This document shows, piece by piece, positions 15,201-28,136 of a stretch of 64,000 nt of DNA. The notes beneath the pieces are model-generated. The model made no database searches and was not told the origin of the DNA. It saw only the letters and a list, made by a program, of their open reading frames with translations. Position numbers and translations under genes: made by a program. The stretch spans positions 3,286,001 through 3,350,000 of the forward strand of contig OZ176056.1 of assembly GCA_964247055.1 (NCBI GenBank), written 5' to 3'. Positions within the stretch are counted from its first letter, which is position 1, and each line of letters starts with the position of its first letter. Source of the DNA: Paragordius varius. Taxonomy: Eukaryota; Animalia; Nematomorpha.

Positions 15201-18200
15201 TTGTTTGTTTGTTTCATAATTCCAAGTTTCATTATGTAAAAAAACTATTTTTTAAACTTTTAAACAGTTTAAAAAATTGATATGTTAAATATCAACCAGT
15301 TTAGATCTTTTCAAACAAATTTTAATTTATCTTTGGTAAAAAATCTTTTAAACCTAAAAAATAAAATATGAATAAATTAAAAATATTTAAATGTTTCAAA
15401 AATATTATTATGAGGAGTGATAAATACTTTTGCATTCTGAAAAATAATTTTTAATCAAATATTTGAAATAGATTTGTAAAATCATATTTTTAAAAGGAAG
15501 GAATACGGTTTAGGTTTATTTTTAATGACTACAGAGTTATATTTGATTACCAGTTAATATAAAAATAATTCCTGAATCTCTAAATATAAAATGGTAGATT
15601 TTAGTCGATTATTGAAAAATTTTACTTAGAAATCATATTTATTTAAATATATCAAAAAATAATTTTAAGAATTGCAATTTTATGAGAAAAAAAATTAAAA
15701 AAAGTTAAAAAATAATTGGCGGCAAAAAAATTGCCATTAGGATTATTCTAGTTTTTATAATTTAATCAAACATATAAGTTTGGGTTAGAATCTTAAGGTT
15801 AATATCATTCCTATATCTAAAAAATCAGACTGAGGAATCAACAATTCAAAAAAAATATTCAATACTAATTTAACAAAAATAACTCAATAAATAAATATAC
15901 TTTGTTGTTGTAAAAAATTAATTTAAATTATAAAAAATAATTACAAGGATATTATATTAATACCACATGATTCATTTAATAAAAGTTTCAAATCAACATT
16001 TATGAAAAAAACGATAAAATATTAAACTTTTCATTTATTTTTACAATACAGGACCCCTGTAACTTACTTTAAATATTAAAATTTTCACTTTAAAATTTTT
16101 AAAAAAGATAATAATACCACATGATTAATTTAAAAGTTTCAAATCAACATTTATAAAAGTTTCAAATCAACATTTATAAAATATTGAAGAGATATATTCT
16201 GTTCATTTATTTTTCCAATACCCCCTTTGAAATTTTCACTTTAAAATTAAAAAATCCTTAAAATTTCTTATAAAAGATGAAAAAAGATAATTTTCCAATA
16301 TCGGAATCCTAACTCACTTTAAACTTTACAAAATGCCTTAAATTTCATATTCAGATATAAAAAAAATTATTTTCCAATACAGGATTCCTAATCACTTTAA
16401 AATTAAAAAATCCCTTAAATTTTATATCAAATATAAAAAAGATAATAGACTCCTATCTCACTTTAAAAATTTTAAAAAAATCCTTAAAATTTCTTATAAA
16501 AAATCAAAAAAAAAGATAATTTTCCAATACAAGACTCCTATCTCACTTTAAAAATTTTAAAAAAATCCTTAAAATTTTTTATAAAAAATGAAAAAAGAGA
16601 TAATTTACCAATATCGGAATCCTAACTCACTTTAAAACTTTAAAAATTAAAAAATCCTTAAAATTTCTTATAAAAAATGAAAAAAAAAGATAATTTTTCA
16701 ATACAGGACTCCTATCTCACCTTAAAATTTTTACAACAAAATATCTTTAAAATTTCTTTTAAAAATCATCTAAAATTTCTAAAAACCTTTAAAAATTTCA
16801 TATTTCTTATGAAAAATTATAAAAAAAAAGATAAAAAATTCTAATTCTACCTTATTTTACTGGCATATTCCAATTCCAATGCACAACGCTGTCGGACAAA
16901 ACTAGCGAACACGTCCAAAAAATCAATAGTTTTATTTGTGTAACATGCCAAATTATCATATTGATCCTATTATATTTTTGTTTAAAATGTATAAAAATAA
17001 ATTGTAAAAATTACTAAAGGATATATTAGATGTGCAAATATAGATTTTAAAGCATTTTAAATATATTTACTAAAATAGTTATTTTATTCTAAACATTGTA
17101 GAAAGCGAAAAAGTATGTAATTGATTGAAAATAAAGAATTTTTTTTGAATATCCGGTTAAAAAATTTGTTAAAAAAATGATAACAGACTTAAAAACTAAT
17201 ATTTTTCATATTGCGCGGATTTTTTTATCAGAGATTTTTAAATATATTTACTAAAATAAACATTGTAGAAAGCGAAAAGTAAGTAATTGATCGAAAAAAA
17301 GATTTTTTGAATGTTCCGTTAAAAAATGAAAAATTGTTTTAAAAAATAATTAGAACAAAACTTAAAAATTTTTTGATATTGCGCGGATTTTTTTATCAGA
17401 GATTTTGTTAAAAAAATTGAATTTTATTGTGTGTGCATATATTTTTAGTATTCAGAGATTCTTAAAATTTTTCATGTAACTTAAATTTTACTGGACAAAA
17501 AAACTTTTTTGCCAGTTTATATCGATCACTAACAGCTAAAATTTTAACAAAAACACCTGATTATTTAATTGCAGCCTTCATATTTTCAGACTGCAATCAA
17601 AAATCTTATCCTATATGAGTTATAAAGAAAAAAACTTTATTAAATTTAAGGCAAAAATATTTTGTAATCCTATTTATGCTAAAATTCATCATATTTTTGA
17701 GGCACATAAAGCAATTATATCAAAAGTTCAGACATTTTATACAAAACATTCATCCAATTAATTTTTATAGATTAACTAACATTAACCAGCAAGAATGAAA
17801 AATCAATACTGGTCCGTTATAACTGTTAAAAAGGCTATCATCATCAATTGCAAAAAGATAAAAAAAGGGATTTTTGATAAAAATATATATATTATTTTTT
17901 AATATATTTAAATTAATTTATTTTTAGGTATATATTTAAAAAAAGTTTGGTTTATTATAAAATAAAATTAGATAGAATTTTTGATGTTCCCTAAAACTAT
18001 ATGTATGATCATCTTTAAAATAAAACAAATTAAATTTTTAAAATAAAAAATAACTAAAATTAATTTGGAAACCATTGTCTGTTGTTTATAGTACAAAATA
18101 TTAAAAAGTATAATTTTTTTAAAAAATATTAAAATATATAAATATAGGAAAAAAAGTTTGATGATTTAAAAAATAATTACACTAAGTATAAATGACTTTG

Positions 18201-18811
18201 TTTTCTTATAATTCTCATTTTTATCATTTTTTATACTAAACTATAACTTTTGAATTTACCTGGATTATGTTTATTCATTCACCTGTGCATAAAAGTAATA
18301 TTTTATTTTTATTCGTAAAAAAATATGTGTGTGCAGGATTAGAGGAGCACAAAGGTAATTTTACAATCAATGTAAAATAAAAATATATTAAAATTAAAAA
18401 GTTCTAATAAAGGTGGATTAAATCAAATGTGATTTGATAATGTAAATTTGAAACATGAAATGATTATATTATGTTAACAAAGTTTTACAAGTAAAAAGAA
18501 TAAATTTAAATTTATAAAATCAAGGAAAGATTATTAACGTCATTGTGGAAAATATAAAGTTATAACAAGCGAGATTGCTTTATGTTTCAAAGTGTTATTT
18601 CATAAATAGAACGATGACAACAGCAGATTGATTTTTAGTATATTTGAATTATTTGCACCAAAACTCGAATTTGCCCAAAATAACGGTCATTTTTTTCAAA
18701 AACATAAAAAAATATATTTAATAAATAAAAATTTTTGTAACAGTTAATAAATATAAAAATGTTAATTAAAATAAATGAAATAAGTACCCATAGCTCTGTT
18801 CCCCAATTCAT
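93..18811 (-). CDS. Cip4: F-BAR/HR1 protein of the CIP4/FNBP1/TOCA-1 family, 3'-partial (SH3 exon(s) expected beyond the left edge)
   Basis: 15 GT-AG exons with consistent phases: 18788-18811 (MNWGTELW), 16851-16966 (DQYDNLACYT...ELEYASKIR), 13437-13493, 12520-12667 (LNESNDIAGQHEMIAE), 10027-10089, 9606-9710, 8968-9096, 8230-8376, 7654-7741 (DNKLVIEKFKSGF), 6826-6899, 6411-6528, 4042-4202, 2949-3046 (DDFSELPPNQRRKK), 1014-1146 (RDAMLRMREVYEQNPRMGDP, HR1), 93-273. Motifs match FNBP1/CIP4 as recalled. Confidence 0.95.
1212..1814. mobile_element. Foldback/MITE, TACCATTT family, variant B (unit TTGAACAGTTCAAGTTGGTCC)
   Basis: Left end TATCATTTACAGTTCAAA, right end GTGCAAATGGTA|TA; inverted arms of 21-bp tandem units around a ~400 bp AT-rich core; no ORF. 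Confidence 0.8.
1819..2140. mobile_element. Foldback/MITE, TACCATTT family, variant A (unit TTGAACAATTCAAATTCACCC)
   Basis: TACCATTTAC...GTAAATGCTA ends, inverted 21-bp tandem arms, family core (aaataaatta.gtgttttcg...ataggtaatttttaatctt). Confidence 0.85.
3163..3417. mobile_element. MITE family 2 (TA|TACGGACAAA...TTTGTCCGTA|TA)
   Basis: Terminal inverted repeats with TA flanks; second full copy at 13668-13903; fragments near 22890, 50295 and 62440-62520. Confidence 0.8.
3748..4023. mobile_element. TACCATTT family variant A, right end truncated
   Basis: TA|TACCATTTACAGTTCAAA, family core, partial inverted arm. Confidence 0.8.
4700..5140 (-). mobile_element. RTE-clade non-LTR retrotransposon RT remnant (inverted 5' segment)
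   Basis: Minus-strand translation with stops/frameshifts: EALRYNNI...IKTGLH*SSNLSSLLFIAILDYI...*KTALQTT/LTINLTKAKIMI, resembling the RTE RT GxxQGSxLSPLLF and LxINxxKTKxM motifs. Confidence 0.65.
5280..5750 (+). mobile_element. RTE-clade LINE 3' remnant
   Basis: GNLNISLSHRIRNGWLKF...KVKLYKVGIRPALAY...RIQYYGHMIR...R*SPHLTWLKLVNQDL. Confidence 0.8.
10480..12570. repeat. Degenerate ~170-190 bp tandem array containing copies of the Cip4 exon-4 3' end and donor site
   Basis: Motif aaatcaacctttttcctttgttcctttaagtttttaaccacttc recurs near 10645, 11135, 11318, 11485, 11655, 11825, 11970, 12155 and 12340 (deleted form); the real exon/donor is at 12518-12570. Confidence 0.85.
13668..13903. mobile_element. 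MITE family 2 copy
   Basis: TA|TACGGACGAAACG...TTTTGTCCGTA|TA; internally homologous to 3163-3417. Confidence 0.8.
14096..14399. mobile_element. TACCATTT family variant A, intact copy
   Basis: TA|TACCATTTAC...GTAAATGGTA|TA; 4 left and 3 right 21-bp units. Confidence 0.92.
16030..16830. repeat. Minisatellite, ~80-90 bp unit, about 7 copies
   Basis: Recurring gataattttccaatacaggactcctatctcactttaaaa...aaaatccttaaaatttcttataaaa, ending just inside the exon-2 donor of Cip4. Confidence 0.85.
17050..17410. repeat. ~190 bp tandem duplication
   Basis: tatatttactaaaata...aaacattgtagaaagcgaaaa...atattgcgcggattttttatcagagatttt occurs twice. Confidence 0.8.
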
Positions 18812-20730
18812 GATCGATCAATGTGTAAGCGCAAAACAGCTGGCATTAATATATTATGTAAAAAAATATGATTTTGTTTTATTGTGGAAAATACTTACCA
18901 ATGCACTTAAAACAATCTATAGATGTATATATATTAAATGATAATAACGATATAATAATTACTTAGCAAATAATGTTTGTAGTTTTACATAATCTTAAGA
19001 GTTTAATAACTATGATGTAAACAATTGCTTTGTGTGGTAGTTTAGTACCCCGTAGCTAAATCTTGTAAATTTAAAAGAGCTTCATTATCAAATCCTGAAA
19101 AATTACAGTTTAACTTCTCTGGATCATATCTAAACACATTGAAACGCAGCTCATTTTTATATCATATAAACTTAAAGTCTAATTTATACAAGGTGGTTAT
19201 TTTTTTTAACTATACTGCATTTGTATTCCGGTTGTACACTGTTGGGGGGCTGGGTAATTTGATGAAATATATATTCTGATCGTGCTTCCAAATTGCTTGA
19301 TTATAAACTAAATTTTTCTTAAAACTATTTTAAAATAAAAACAATGTATTCTTTCAAAAAAATATTGCCATAATATCCGACATATTAAAAATTAATGCAT
19401 ATACCGGTTTTTAAATTAACTAGACCATATAGGTGACCAAAAATTTGGAACTTTGGAAACTAACATCTCATTCGTATAAAAAGAATGTTTCTCTTTTTAT
19501 ATATAGTATATGATATATATTTTTTAATTAAAGCTCAGTTATTAAAATAATTTATTTGGATAATGTGCGCAAATTTTGCGTAGAAGTGTAAATATTTATC
19601 TTATAAAACTCGTAAAACCCGAAATAAAAGCACCATGTGAAACTTGATGCATTATCAAAGTATATATATTCCTGACTTTATTGTGGACAGTGTGTATATA
19701 TTTTATATCAATATTTTGGTGGGCTTTTATGGTATGATGAAGCACACGCTATAAATTGCATAAAAACATCCTAAAATATTTTAACTTTTCCTATTTAAAT
19801 AAATTTTTTATCACATTATCATTTAAACTTTTTTACTTAAAATTTTGATTTTATGTTAAAACACTGCATATAATTTTATGTAGACAATCGATTCTTTTTC
19901 CAAACATGAGTTGTAGAATGTTGAGCATCATAAAATAATATGTTTAAATAATATATTTAGTCTAACACAAATTTTGAGAGCCGAATTTTAAACGCAAAAA
20001 AACGGCGGGTCGCATAAAAATAGAGTGATTATTATATATTTAGTTAAAAAATACGAAAAAAATGGCCAATTAAAAAGCAACTACTATTACTTTTTATTTG
20101 ACTAATTTTTATTAGATGTTGCCACTTGAATGAGAAATAATTTTACAAAGAATTTGTAATCATGTTTTATTAAATGCAATTTGTATATTTAGTAATTTTT
20201 CAAATTCACGGGCAGCACATATCCGGACGCCTGTGAGTTGACCGCTATTTTTACCCATTTCCAGCAATCGTCGAAATTCATAAAACTCGGCTCAAATTTT
20301 TCTATAAATTAAAAATTAGCAAAATATACTCGGAAAATACTAATACTAAATTTAAAAATACTAAATTTGATGTCAAATTTAGCATACATTGTAAAATTCT
20401 TAATATACGAAATACTTGTCACGTTTACACGGATCCAAAAAAAGCTTTGAGCCTACATCCATTTCATATTATTATTATTTTCATATATATTTTAATTTTT
20501 TGGACTGAAGCATTTAGCTTTTACCAAAGTTAGTTTATTTAGCAAAATGGGAGATTTTGCCAACTGACACATATTCTAACAGAACATATGTATTTGTGCA
20601 GTATGTTAGCCATTTTAAATAAATCCAGAGAAAAAAATGGCGGCAAAGGTTTGCGATGAAGATTTTTTTACAATATAGATTTTTAACAAATAAAATAGCC
20701 TGCGCTTAGAACGTTAAATATAAATATATA

Positions 20731-21050
20731 TACCATTTACAATCAATTCACCCTTAAACAATTCAAATTCACCCTTGAACAATTTAAAGTCACCCTAGAA
20801 CAATTCAAATTCACCATCAAATAAATTATATGATTTTTAAGATTAAAAATTATCTACATTTTTATGTATTTTTAAAAAAATAATATTTGCTTAAAAATTT
20901 AAAAATACTGAAAAAATAATATACATGCCATAAAGATATATTTCATGTTATATGTTTTATTAGTTCGAAAATACATATTATTTTTAGAGTGAATTTAAAT
21001 TGTTAAAGAGCGAATTTGAATTGTTCGAGTGTAAATTTGTGTAAATGGTA
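20731..21050. mobile_element. TACCATTT family variant A copy (reverse orientation)
   Basis: TA|TACCATTTAC...GTAAATGGTA|TA, 21-bp arms, core reversed. Confidence 0.88.
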
Positions 21051-21256
21051 TATAATGGTGCGGGATAAAAAAATAAAAATCTATTGTGATTTTGTTCATT
21101 TATGGTTTAGGACCCCCCATAATATTGCTTCATTTACATAGCCCAATTTAAAGCTTCTGACATTTTAATTTTAACCATATATTATATCAAAAAAATAAAT
21201 TTATTTATTTTATTAAAGCGACAAGAAAAGTATTTGAGATAAAATGTTTAATATAT

Positions 21257-23313
21257 TTAATTACAGATTCCAATAACTTTTTCTAAACTTTGATTCATGG
21301 TGGAAACAGCTATGTATCCATTCATTATCTTAACATCCATAAAATTGGTGTAGGTTATGTTCCGTACATATGGACAAGAAATTTTAAAAATAATCCCATT
21401 CACATACCATGCTATATCGTCAATGCTATTATTTTTGCTTTGAATGATAATTTGAGTGTATAAGGCCGTATTATTATGATCGTTGGAAGGGATTTGCGTA
21501 ATTTCAGCCTAATTTTACCAGCAAAAATAAAATAAGATAAAAATAAAATTTCTCTCAATTTGTTAATTATAATCCAAAAATTAAAGTGATAAATAAGGTT
21601 TAAAGTGCATTGTTTCTTATTCACTAATGTTATCTTTCTTCTAAATACTGACGGCAGGCGTTAACGTGGTTTAAATTTGTACTAAAAAAGTATAAGGGCA
21701 AACAACAAACAGTTATCTATTATTTTAACATATTATTGATTCTCGATTTTATTATTTTTGCAATATGATAAAATTGGCTACTATAAATTTGACATTTAAG
21801 CAATTTTCTTTTTCCATAGTTTTTTCACGATATGTTAACAAATAAGTTTAAATTTTTTCATGGTTTTGATAAAAATCGGGGAATTAGATTACATCTCTTT
21901 GTTCAAACCTTTGATACCAAAAGTTGCCCAATCAGACCCCTATTTTGGCCTAACATGATTTTAAGAACGCTTTGTTTTAAACACAAGTTTATAAAGTGTA
22001 ACATGCTCAGTATTTATGTCGACACACTTTCCAGAAAAATCTTGGGTTGTTTAAAATAACCTAAATTCTTAATTTTATTGAAAACTTAAAAATATTAAAT
22101 GATATTAATAAGTTATAATACATACCGTTTGATCTGACGTAGTCGAAATCGATATTACAATTCCAGATTTGATATCAAGCAAGAGTGTTTGACACGGCGA
22201 AAGAAAGTTGCTGTTTATGCTTATTGTAAGCTATGGGCGTTAACCATATTATAAATGTCAAATATTTAACCATATAAAATGATTGTCAATTTACTAAAAC
22301 ATAGGATATAAAACAAATTTTTTCCATAATCAAATAAAATTAATTGGTTTATAGGGAAAATTAACCATTTGTTTTTTACGCATACGCTACGGCATGGGTG
22401 TCTACAGAAATGTTTTTGCGGGCTGATATGAAAATTTTTCATTTAATTTATTTTAAACCCAATTTTTGAAATATTTTTAAAATAATCGTAAAATTTTGTT
22501 TGAAATCCAATTTTTTATTTTTTCAACATTTTTTAAGGCACTTTTGCGTACCACATAAAGCGTGTTGAACATCCATGCCCAACGATATTACCAATCGCCA
22601 AAAATAATGATTGAAATGACCAATATAACATACGCTAATTAAAATATAATGTTGGTATTAATGTACTTTGGAATATCCTGAATACATATATTCGAAGTTA
22701 CGAATTCTTTTAACCACTTGAATCAATGTGTCTTCAAAGGAAGGAAACATACGTAATACAATGTCATTAGAAATAAGAACGATTTCTCCCAATGCAATGT
22801 ATTTTATTTTTATGTTTTTTGAATTTCCATGTGTGTTTTCAACGTATATTGGTACAAATCTAATAATACAATAAAAATTACAAGTTGTAGACAGACAAAA
22901 CGTAAAAAACAAATTTTTTCAAATGACAACCATACTCTCTTATTTATTACTATACATAATAATTAATTACAAACGTAAAATATATAATTGACTGTGTTCC
23001 CATTTAAACATTTCTGTTGCATACTTTGCATTTTAAAGAATGAGTTAATTTGAAAAATCAACAAGTTTAAAAAAGTTTGGGGGTTTTTAAAAACAAAATT
23101 TCCTATGTTTTCACGCGTTTCGTCTGATCAAGTTTTAAAAATTTAATTTTACCTAGCACAATTAATAATAAGTAAGAACCTTAAAATTGAAGTACCCTCA
23201 AATGTCATCATGAGATTGTATATGCCGTTTTGTACAATTTTTTGGCATATATTGATGATACCAACATACAAATCTATTTTTTGAATATTTTCATTTATAT
23301 ATAATAAATATTA

Positions 23314-23355
<42 letters not shown>

Positions 23356-26067
23356 TTTACATTTATATTCACCGTTGAACTCAAATTAACCCTTTACCTA
23401 TTCAAATTTACTCAGTAATAAAGGGTGTAATTTTACAGACACCGTTATCAGAGTTTTTAATTCAGAGTTCTATATCAATCGGTAAAAAGGCTCTAAATAA
23501 CTAAATAGCGGGAAACGATAATTGGCTTAGCCAGGGACATCCAACACAAATGGCTTCAAAGGCGGCATTTTTGATTCAAAATATCCGGCTCCTGCCTTCA
23601 AGATTTTTTATATTTATCCATATTTCATTAGATTGCAAAATTCAAACGCAACATAACATTTTTTTCTAGTTCTTGCCCATTGAATAGACTCATGCAGAAA
23701 TATTGTTTAAGAGTATCATTTTCACTAAGATTTTGTACACATGTTTTTGCATTTGAATAATTTTAAGCCGAACGCAAAAAAACTCTCTGCAGCGGGACGC
23801 GTGTTGAATACCCCTGTAGCCTCTTTTAATCCATTCATTAATGACTAGAGTATAAAACAATTGTATACCCTTTCCATCCATTTCTTCGTAATGCAATAAT
23901 TTTTGAGTGGCTAAATGTGAATAGATACGGTTGAAAAAAATTGCATAATTAGACTGAAAAAAAAAATCAAAACATACTTATTGGTTCTTTAGGACAATCA
24001 ATTACAATGTTTAGCGTTGGAATCATATTGGCTTTAGTTTTGAGATTTATGTTTTGTGTTGCAAATAACTCTAAAAGTAAAAGATTTTGCGAAGAAGTTG
24101 ACACAAAGCCTCCATCTATTATGAATGCGTCGTAAATTTCGTAAAGTTTAATGCCGCTTAGCGTGTTCATAATGCGTATCTATGAAGGTAAAAATATAGA
24201 AGCGAATACCCCATTAAAAACTGACTCGGGTTCGATATTTATTTAGATAAAGTAAAGCTATTGTCAGAATTAATTTTGTGAGATGATTTAAGCAGAGGCG
24301 TAGCTTGTATTTCTGGTGAGGCGCCCCCTTCCCCCTCCATGTGACTATTTTTTTAAAAAAATTATCAAATATAAACCATGGTCATGACCACTCATAAATG
24401 GGTAATTTTTTATGAATATTTAAAATAATAACTTTTAAATACCTATTTTTTTGAAATAAAATTAAAAAAATTTAAATCAACTATGGCGCCAGGTGCACCA
24501 GCCCACCTCCCCTTCCCTCAAGCTACGCCTCTGCTCTTAAATCGTCCTTTGAGTTTGCGGAAATCGTCAAAATCGTTTTTGATTCGATTATATTTTTCAG
24601 TATATAAGTCTTAATGGCTCCTATTTATATATTCAATTAATTTATTGAAGTTATTTAGCCGCAAAATCATAAAAGCTACAAAGTTTGGACTTTTTTGTAA
24701 AAATTCTAAAACATGTATATTAATACTTTTAAATAATAACATTGATAATTATAAATTATATAGACCAAAAGTTTTATTCAGCAAAATCAATTTGTTAAAA
24801 CATGTTTGGAAAAGCTTGTAGTTTGATATTTATCTTTTTGTAAAACGACGTTTTTAATTCCTGTTTGTCGTTCAACACGGAGTAAAATATATACTTATGT
24901 TAAAGTATTATTTCTCTAATGGTTGTTATTATACAATTTAAGATCTAATGCATTGTTCAATGAATCCTGTCTAAAGATTTTTTTGACTTGTATGTCAAGT
25001 ATATGGCTTACAAATTTTAAATTCGGTTTCCTATTCAGTGCAACAATATAATCTTGAGCAAAATCATAATAACAATCGCTGTCATTTCTGCTGTATGATA
25101 CATCACCGTAAGTCAGGTTTCTAGATCGTTGGCCACAAATTATTAATCTCAATGCATGATACGGAACATCCACATAAAACTAATAGCCATGTTTAAAATT
25201 TAGTGTCAAAATGTAATTTTTAAAGGAAACTCTCCACCAACTTTTAAAACCTGTTAAAAAAATTTGGGGACAATCAAAATAAACACAAGAGCAAATTATA
25301 AAAGTCAGTTTTTTAAAAAATTCTCAAATAATGTGTAAATCAAATGGCTATAAATATTTGCGATTAAGAGATTAAATAAAAGATTTATAGCACTTGTTTT
25401 AATTTTGACATTTACAAAGTGATTTTAAATGGATATACTCTAAAATTAACAATATCAATTGATAAAATATGGTACAAAATGAATTTTGGGCGTTTAATTA
25501 TCTCGTGCATAAGTTTAGCCTATAAAAGTTCATTATTTAGACTCTGATTCTTAAACTTTATTTATTGAAAACTTGCAAAACCCGTTTGATACTTGATATA
25601 AGATAGAAACTTTTTGATTTAATTCTCTAGCAAAATATTAATTTGCATCTTTTAAGTGCAATAAAAACTTTACTAAATGAAGTAATTTATGGGTTATTAA
25701 ATATACGTTTCATAATCATCAAACAGGTTAATCACAGGCTTTTATGTTTTTCATTAGTACAAAATTTTTATATTCTTTTTATTTCATTTTAAAAATTGAT
25801 AATATATCTTAGGCGCATTTTTAACTGTTTAAACTTATTGAAACAAAAGCTTAATATGCGTTTTACCATTATCTATTGACAAAATTTTAGTTATTGCGAT
25901 TCACTATAAATTTTATAAAATTCTTCGACTTGCTAAAAATTATTTTTTTTAGTTTTCACTGATACGAAAATTTACATTCTTTGGAAATTTATATAATGAA
26001 ATATGGCAAAAACTCATGTAATAATTTGATAAAAAATATTTCAAAGAAAGTTCTTCAAAAAATCATA

Positions 26068-26102
<35 letters not shown>

Positions 26103-26539
26103 TAGGAGACATAGAGAGCTTTAATATGACAAATTAAATTTATTCAATATTATATAGATTACGGTTGGATGAAATGTTGTTTCCAAATATTTCCAATAAA
26201 GAAAATTGACATTATCCAGATAATAGTAAGTATATGGCTCCACAGACGCGTTAGTTAAATTCTGACGCAGGGTAAAAATTACATTTCCTTCTTTATGAAC
26301 GCACGGTAATACTGATAAGTTTCTACAACAAAAAGAGTGGTTGATTATTTTGATAAAGTTTTATTTTTATTATTCATAAAAATAAAAACTACGCAAAAAC
26401 TGTACTTTGAGGAATTAAAGAAGTGATTTATTTCACATAATCCGCCCCTAAAATTGGCATGACAATAATGGTTGTCAGTTTCCAAACGGCAGAATGGTAG
26501 TAAGATACAAATTTCTAAGAAAATTACAATGAAATGCAT
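21257..26539 (-). CDS. Putative multi-exon orphan protein, probably secreted/glycosylated; middle exons uncertain
   Basis: Phase-compatible chain: 26406-26539 (MHFIVIFLEICILLPFC..., signal-like), 26163-26322, 25012-25179, 23978-24179, then 23910 down to ~23784; further open GT-AG exons 22667-22859, 22552-22634, 22126-22230; terminal exon 21257-21508. Many NxS/T sequons. No family recognised; joins between ~23780 and 21510 are not secure. Confidence 0.55.
24293..24533. mobile_element. GC-rich-ended MITE, hAT-like termini
   Basis: Perfect 15-bp TIR CAGAGGCGTAGCTTG...CAAGCTACGCCTCTG, 241 bp; no 8-bp TSD visible. Confidence 0.7.
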
Positions 26540-27079
26540 TTTATTTTAATAAACATATATTAACCTTATAGCTCAGCAAAATTAGAGAGATTTAATTATT
26601 TATAATCTGTTATCCAAATCTATGCACGTAATTTAAGATTTACAATTATTAGGTTATATTTTGATAATTAAAACAGAGTGTTTGTTTTGCCTTAAATGTA
26701 TGTTTATAATTCTGTTCAATAATGAAAAGCAAGTAACATAATCTTATTATAAAACATTATAAAAAATCGTTTTTATATGAGTGATAAATTTCCATTAAAA
26801 GTGCTTTTATTTTTTTAAATTCGAGAATTTTCATTTAAAAGACCTCTTTTAAATGCTACCTTAAATTGTTGATCAATAACCAAAAACCTGATATCGTCCG
26901 ATAAAAATTTTTTATACTTACTCTAACATTAGAATTACATTGCATTTTAACATATCCCAGAGTGGTTGAAACATAAATATTTAAAAAAGTATTTAAGGTA
27001 TTAAGCCGAATAAAAAAATATGCTTTCTCTAGCGTAGGCGCATTATGCAAAAATTTTCTAAAAATTGTAAATTATAAAA

Positions 27080-27290
27080 ATATTATCTCATGATTTTGCC
27101 GCCACCTTTTTTCTATTTTTTAAGTTAACAGGCAATGGTGAGAAAATAAATAATTTACTTTTAATAGCTTTCAAGCTACATTTTCTCAGCAAAAACTTGA
27201 TATTTAATTTCACTATCAACTGTTCGTTTGAATAGTGTTCTAGAGATGTCCCAATATTAGAATCTAGAAGTCACAAAACTGTAAAAAATA
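27080..27290 (+). repeat. Dispersed repeat, homologous to 56040-56240
   Basis: Shared order tttt(g/a)ccgcca...cagcaaaaacttgatattt...aagtcacaaaa. Confidence 0.6.
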
Positions 27291-28136
27291 TAAGATTTAA
27301 TATCTAATACATCCAGAACAATGTTTAATAATAAAATTTTAACTGATTGAAACTGTGATTTATTAACTAGCCCAATATGTAAAAAAGTGAAAAGGTAATA
27401 AAGTGGTAAACAAATTATAACAATTTATTGTCGCTTAGTATTTTCTGCGTGCTAACGGTGTAAAAACGTTTTATTTCCAAATAATTATATGCCGCTGATC
27501 TCTATTTATGGTATTTTACCCTGCATATTTATGATTTAATTTATTGTTTATATTTATTCACAATGTGACCCCTGTGGAAAAAATTTTGCTGTATGAGTAA
27601 TTATACATTGCTAACTTCTCATTAAGTATTGTCAGATGGCGAAAACAGCAAATAGCTTTATTATTGGCAATATATAAAAATGAAAGATTACCTTTGCATT
27701 CTACCACAATAATTAAGAACAACTAATGTATACTTACGCATGAGTTGTATTCTAGCAAGATGGAAGATTATTATACCGTGCCCGGAATCGGAAGTATAAA
27801 AATACTGATTTATTAATTATATTAACAAATAAAATGTATCATAATTCTGATGGGTTTGTTTTGGGTCATATGGGTCATATAAAAGAGTTTATACTACTTT
27901 GACTTCTGTGATAACTGTTCTATATTAAAAATTTGAAATGGCCCACATTATAATATATTTTTAAATTAATGACGTCACAAAATATTTTTAATATATACAT
28001 AAAATTTATTTAAATAGCAAAATATATAATTTAAGATGTTTCCAAGAAGAGCCTCAGATTTTGGGCCCGTCAGCGGCTATTTTAAAATAACCGCAACCAT
28101 CCTGATTACAAAAAAACGATTTTTATATAGTATTTA

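Noticed and set aside
18255-18290. Two strong minus-strand donor-like sites (CAG|GTAAAT, CAG|GTGAAT) in Cip4 intron 1 as an alternative first exon
   Set aside because: The Met-led frames give phases 1 and 2, incompatible with phase-0 exon 2; a non-coding exon cannot be excluded but is unsupported.
19040-19310. Slightly GC-richer block upstream of Cip4 as coding or LINE endonuclease remnant
   Set aside because: No frame stays open and no convincing motif was found.
20630-20650. AAAATGGCGGC as a YY1-type promoter motif (similar near 55660)
   Set aside because: Similar words recur within a dispersed repeat (27090, 56045, 15715); no TSS evidence.
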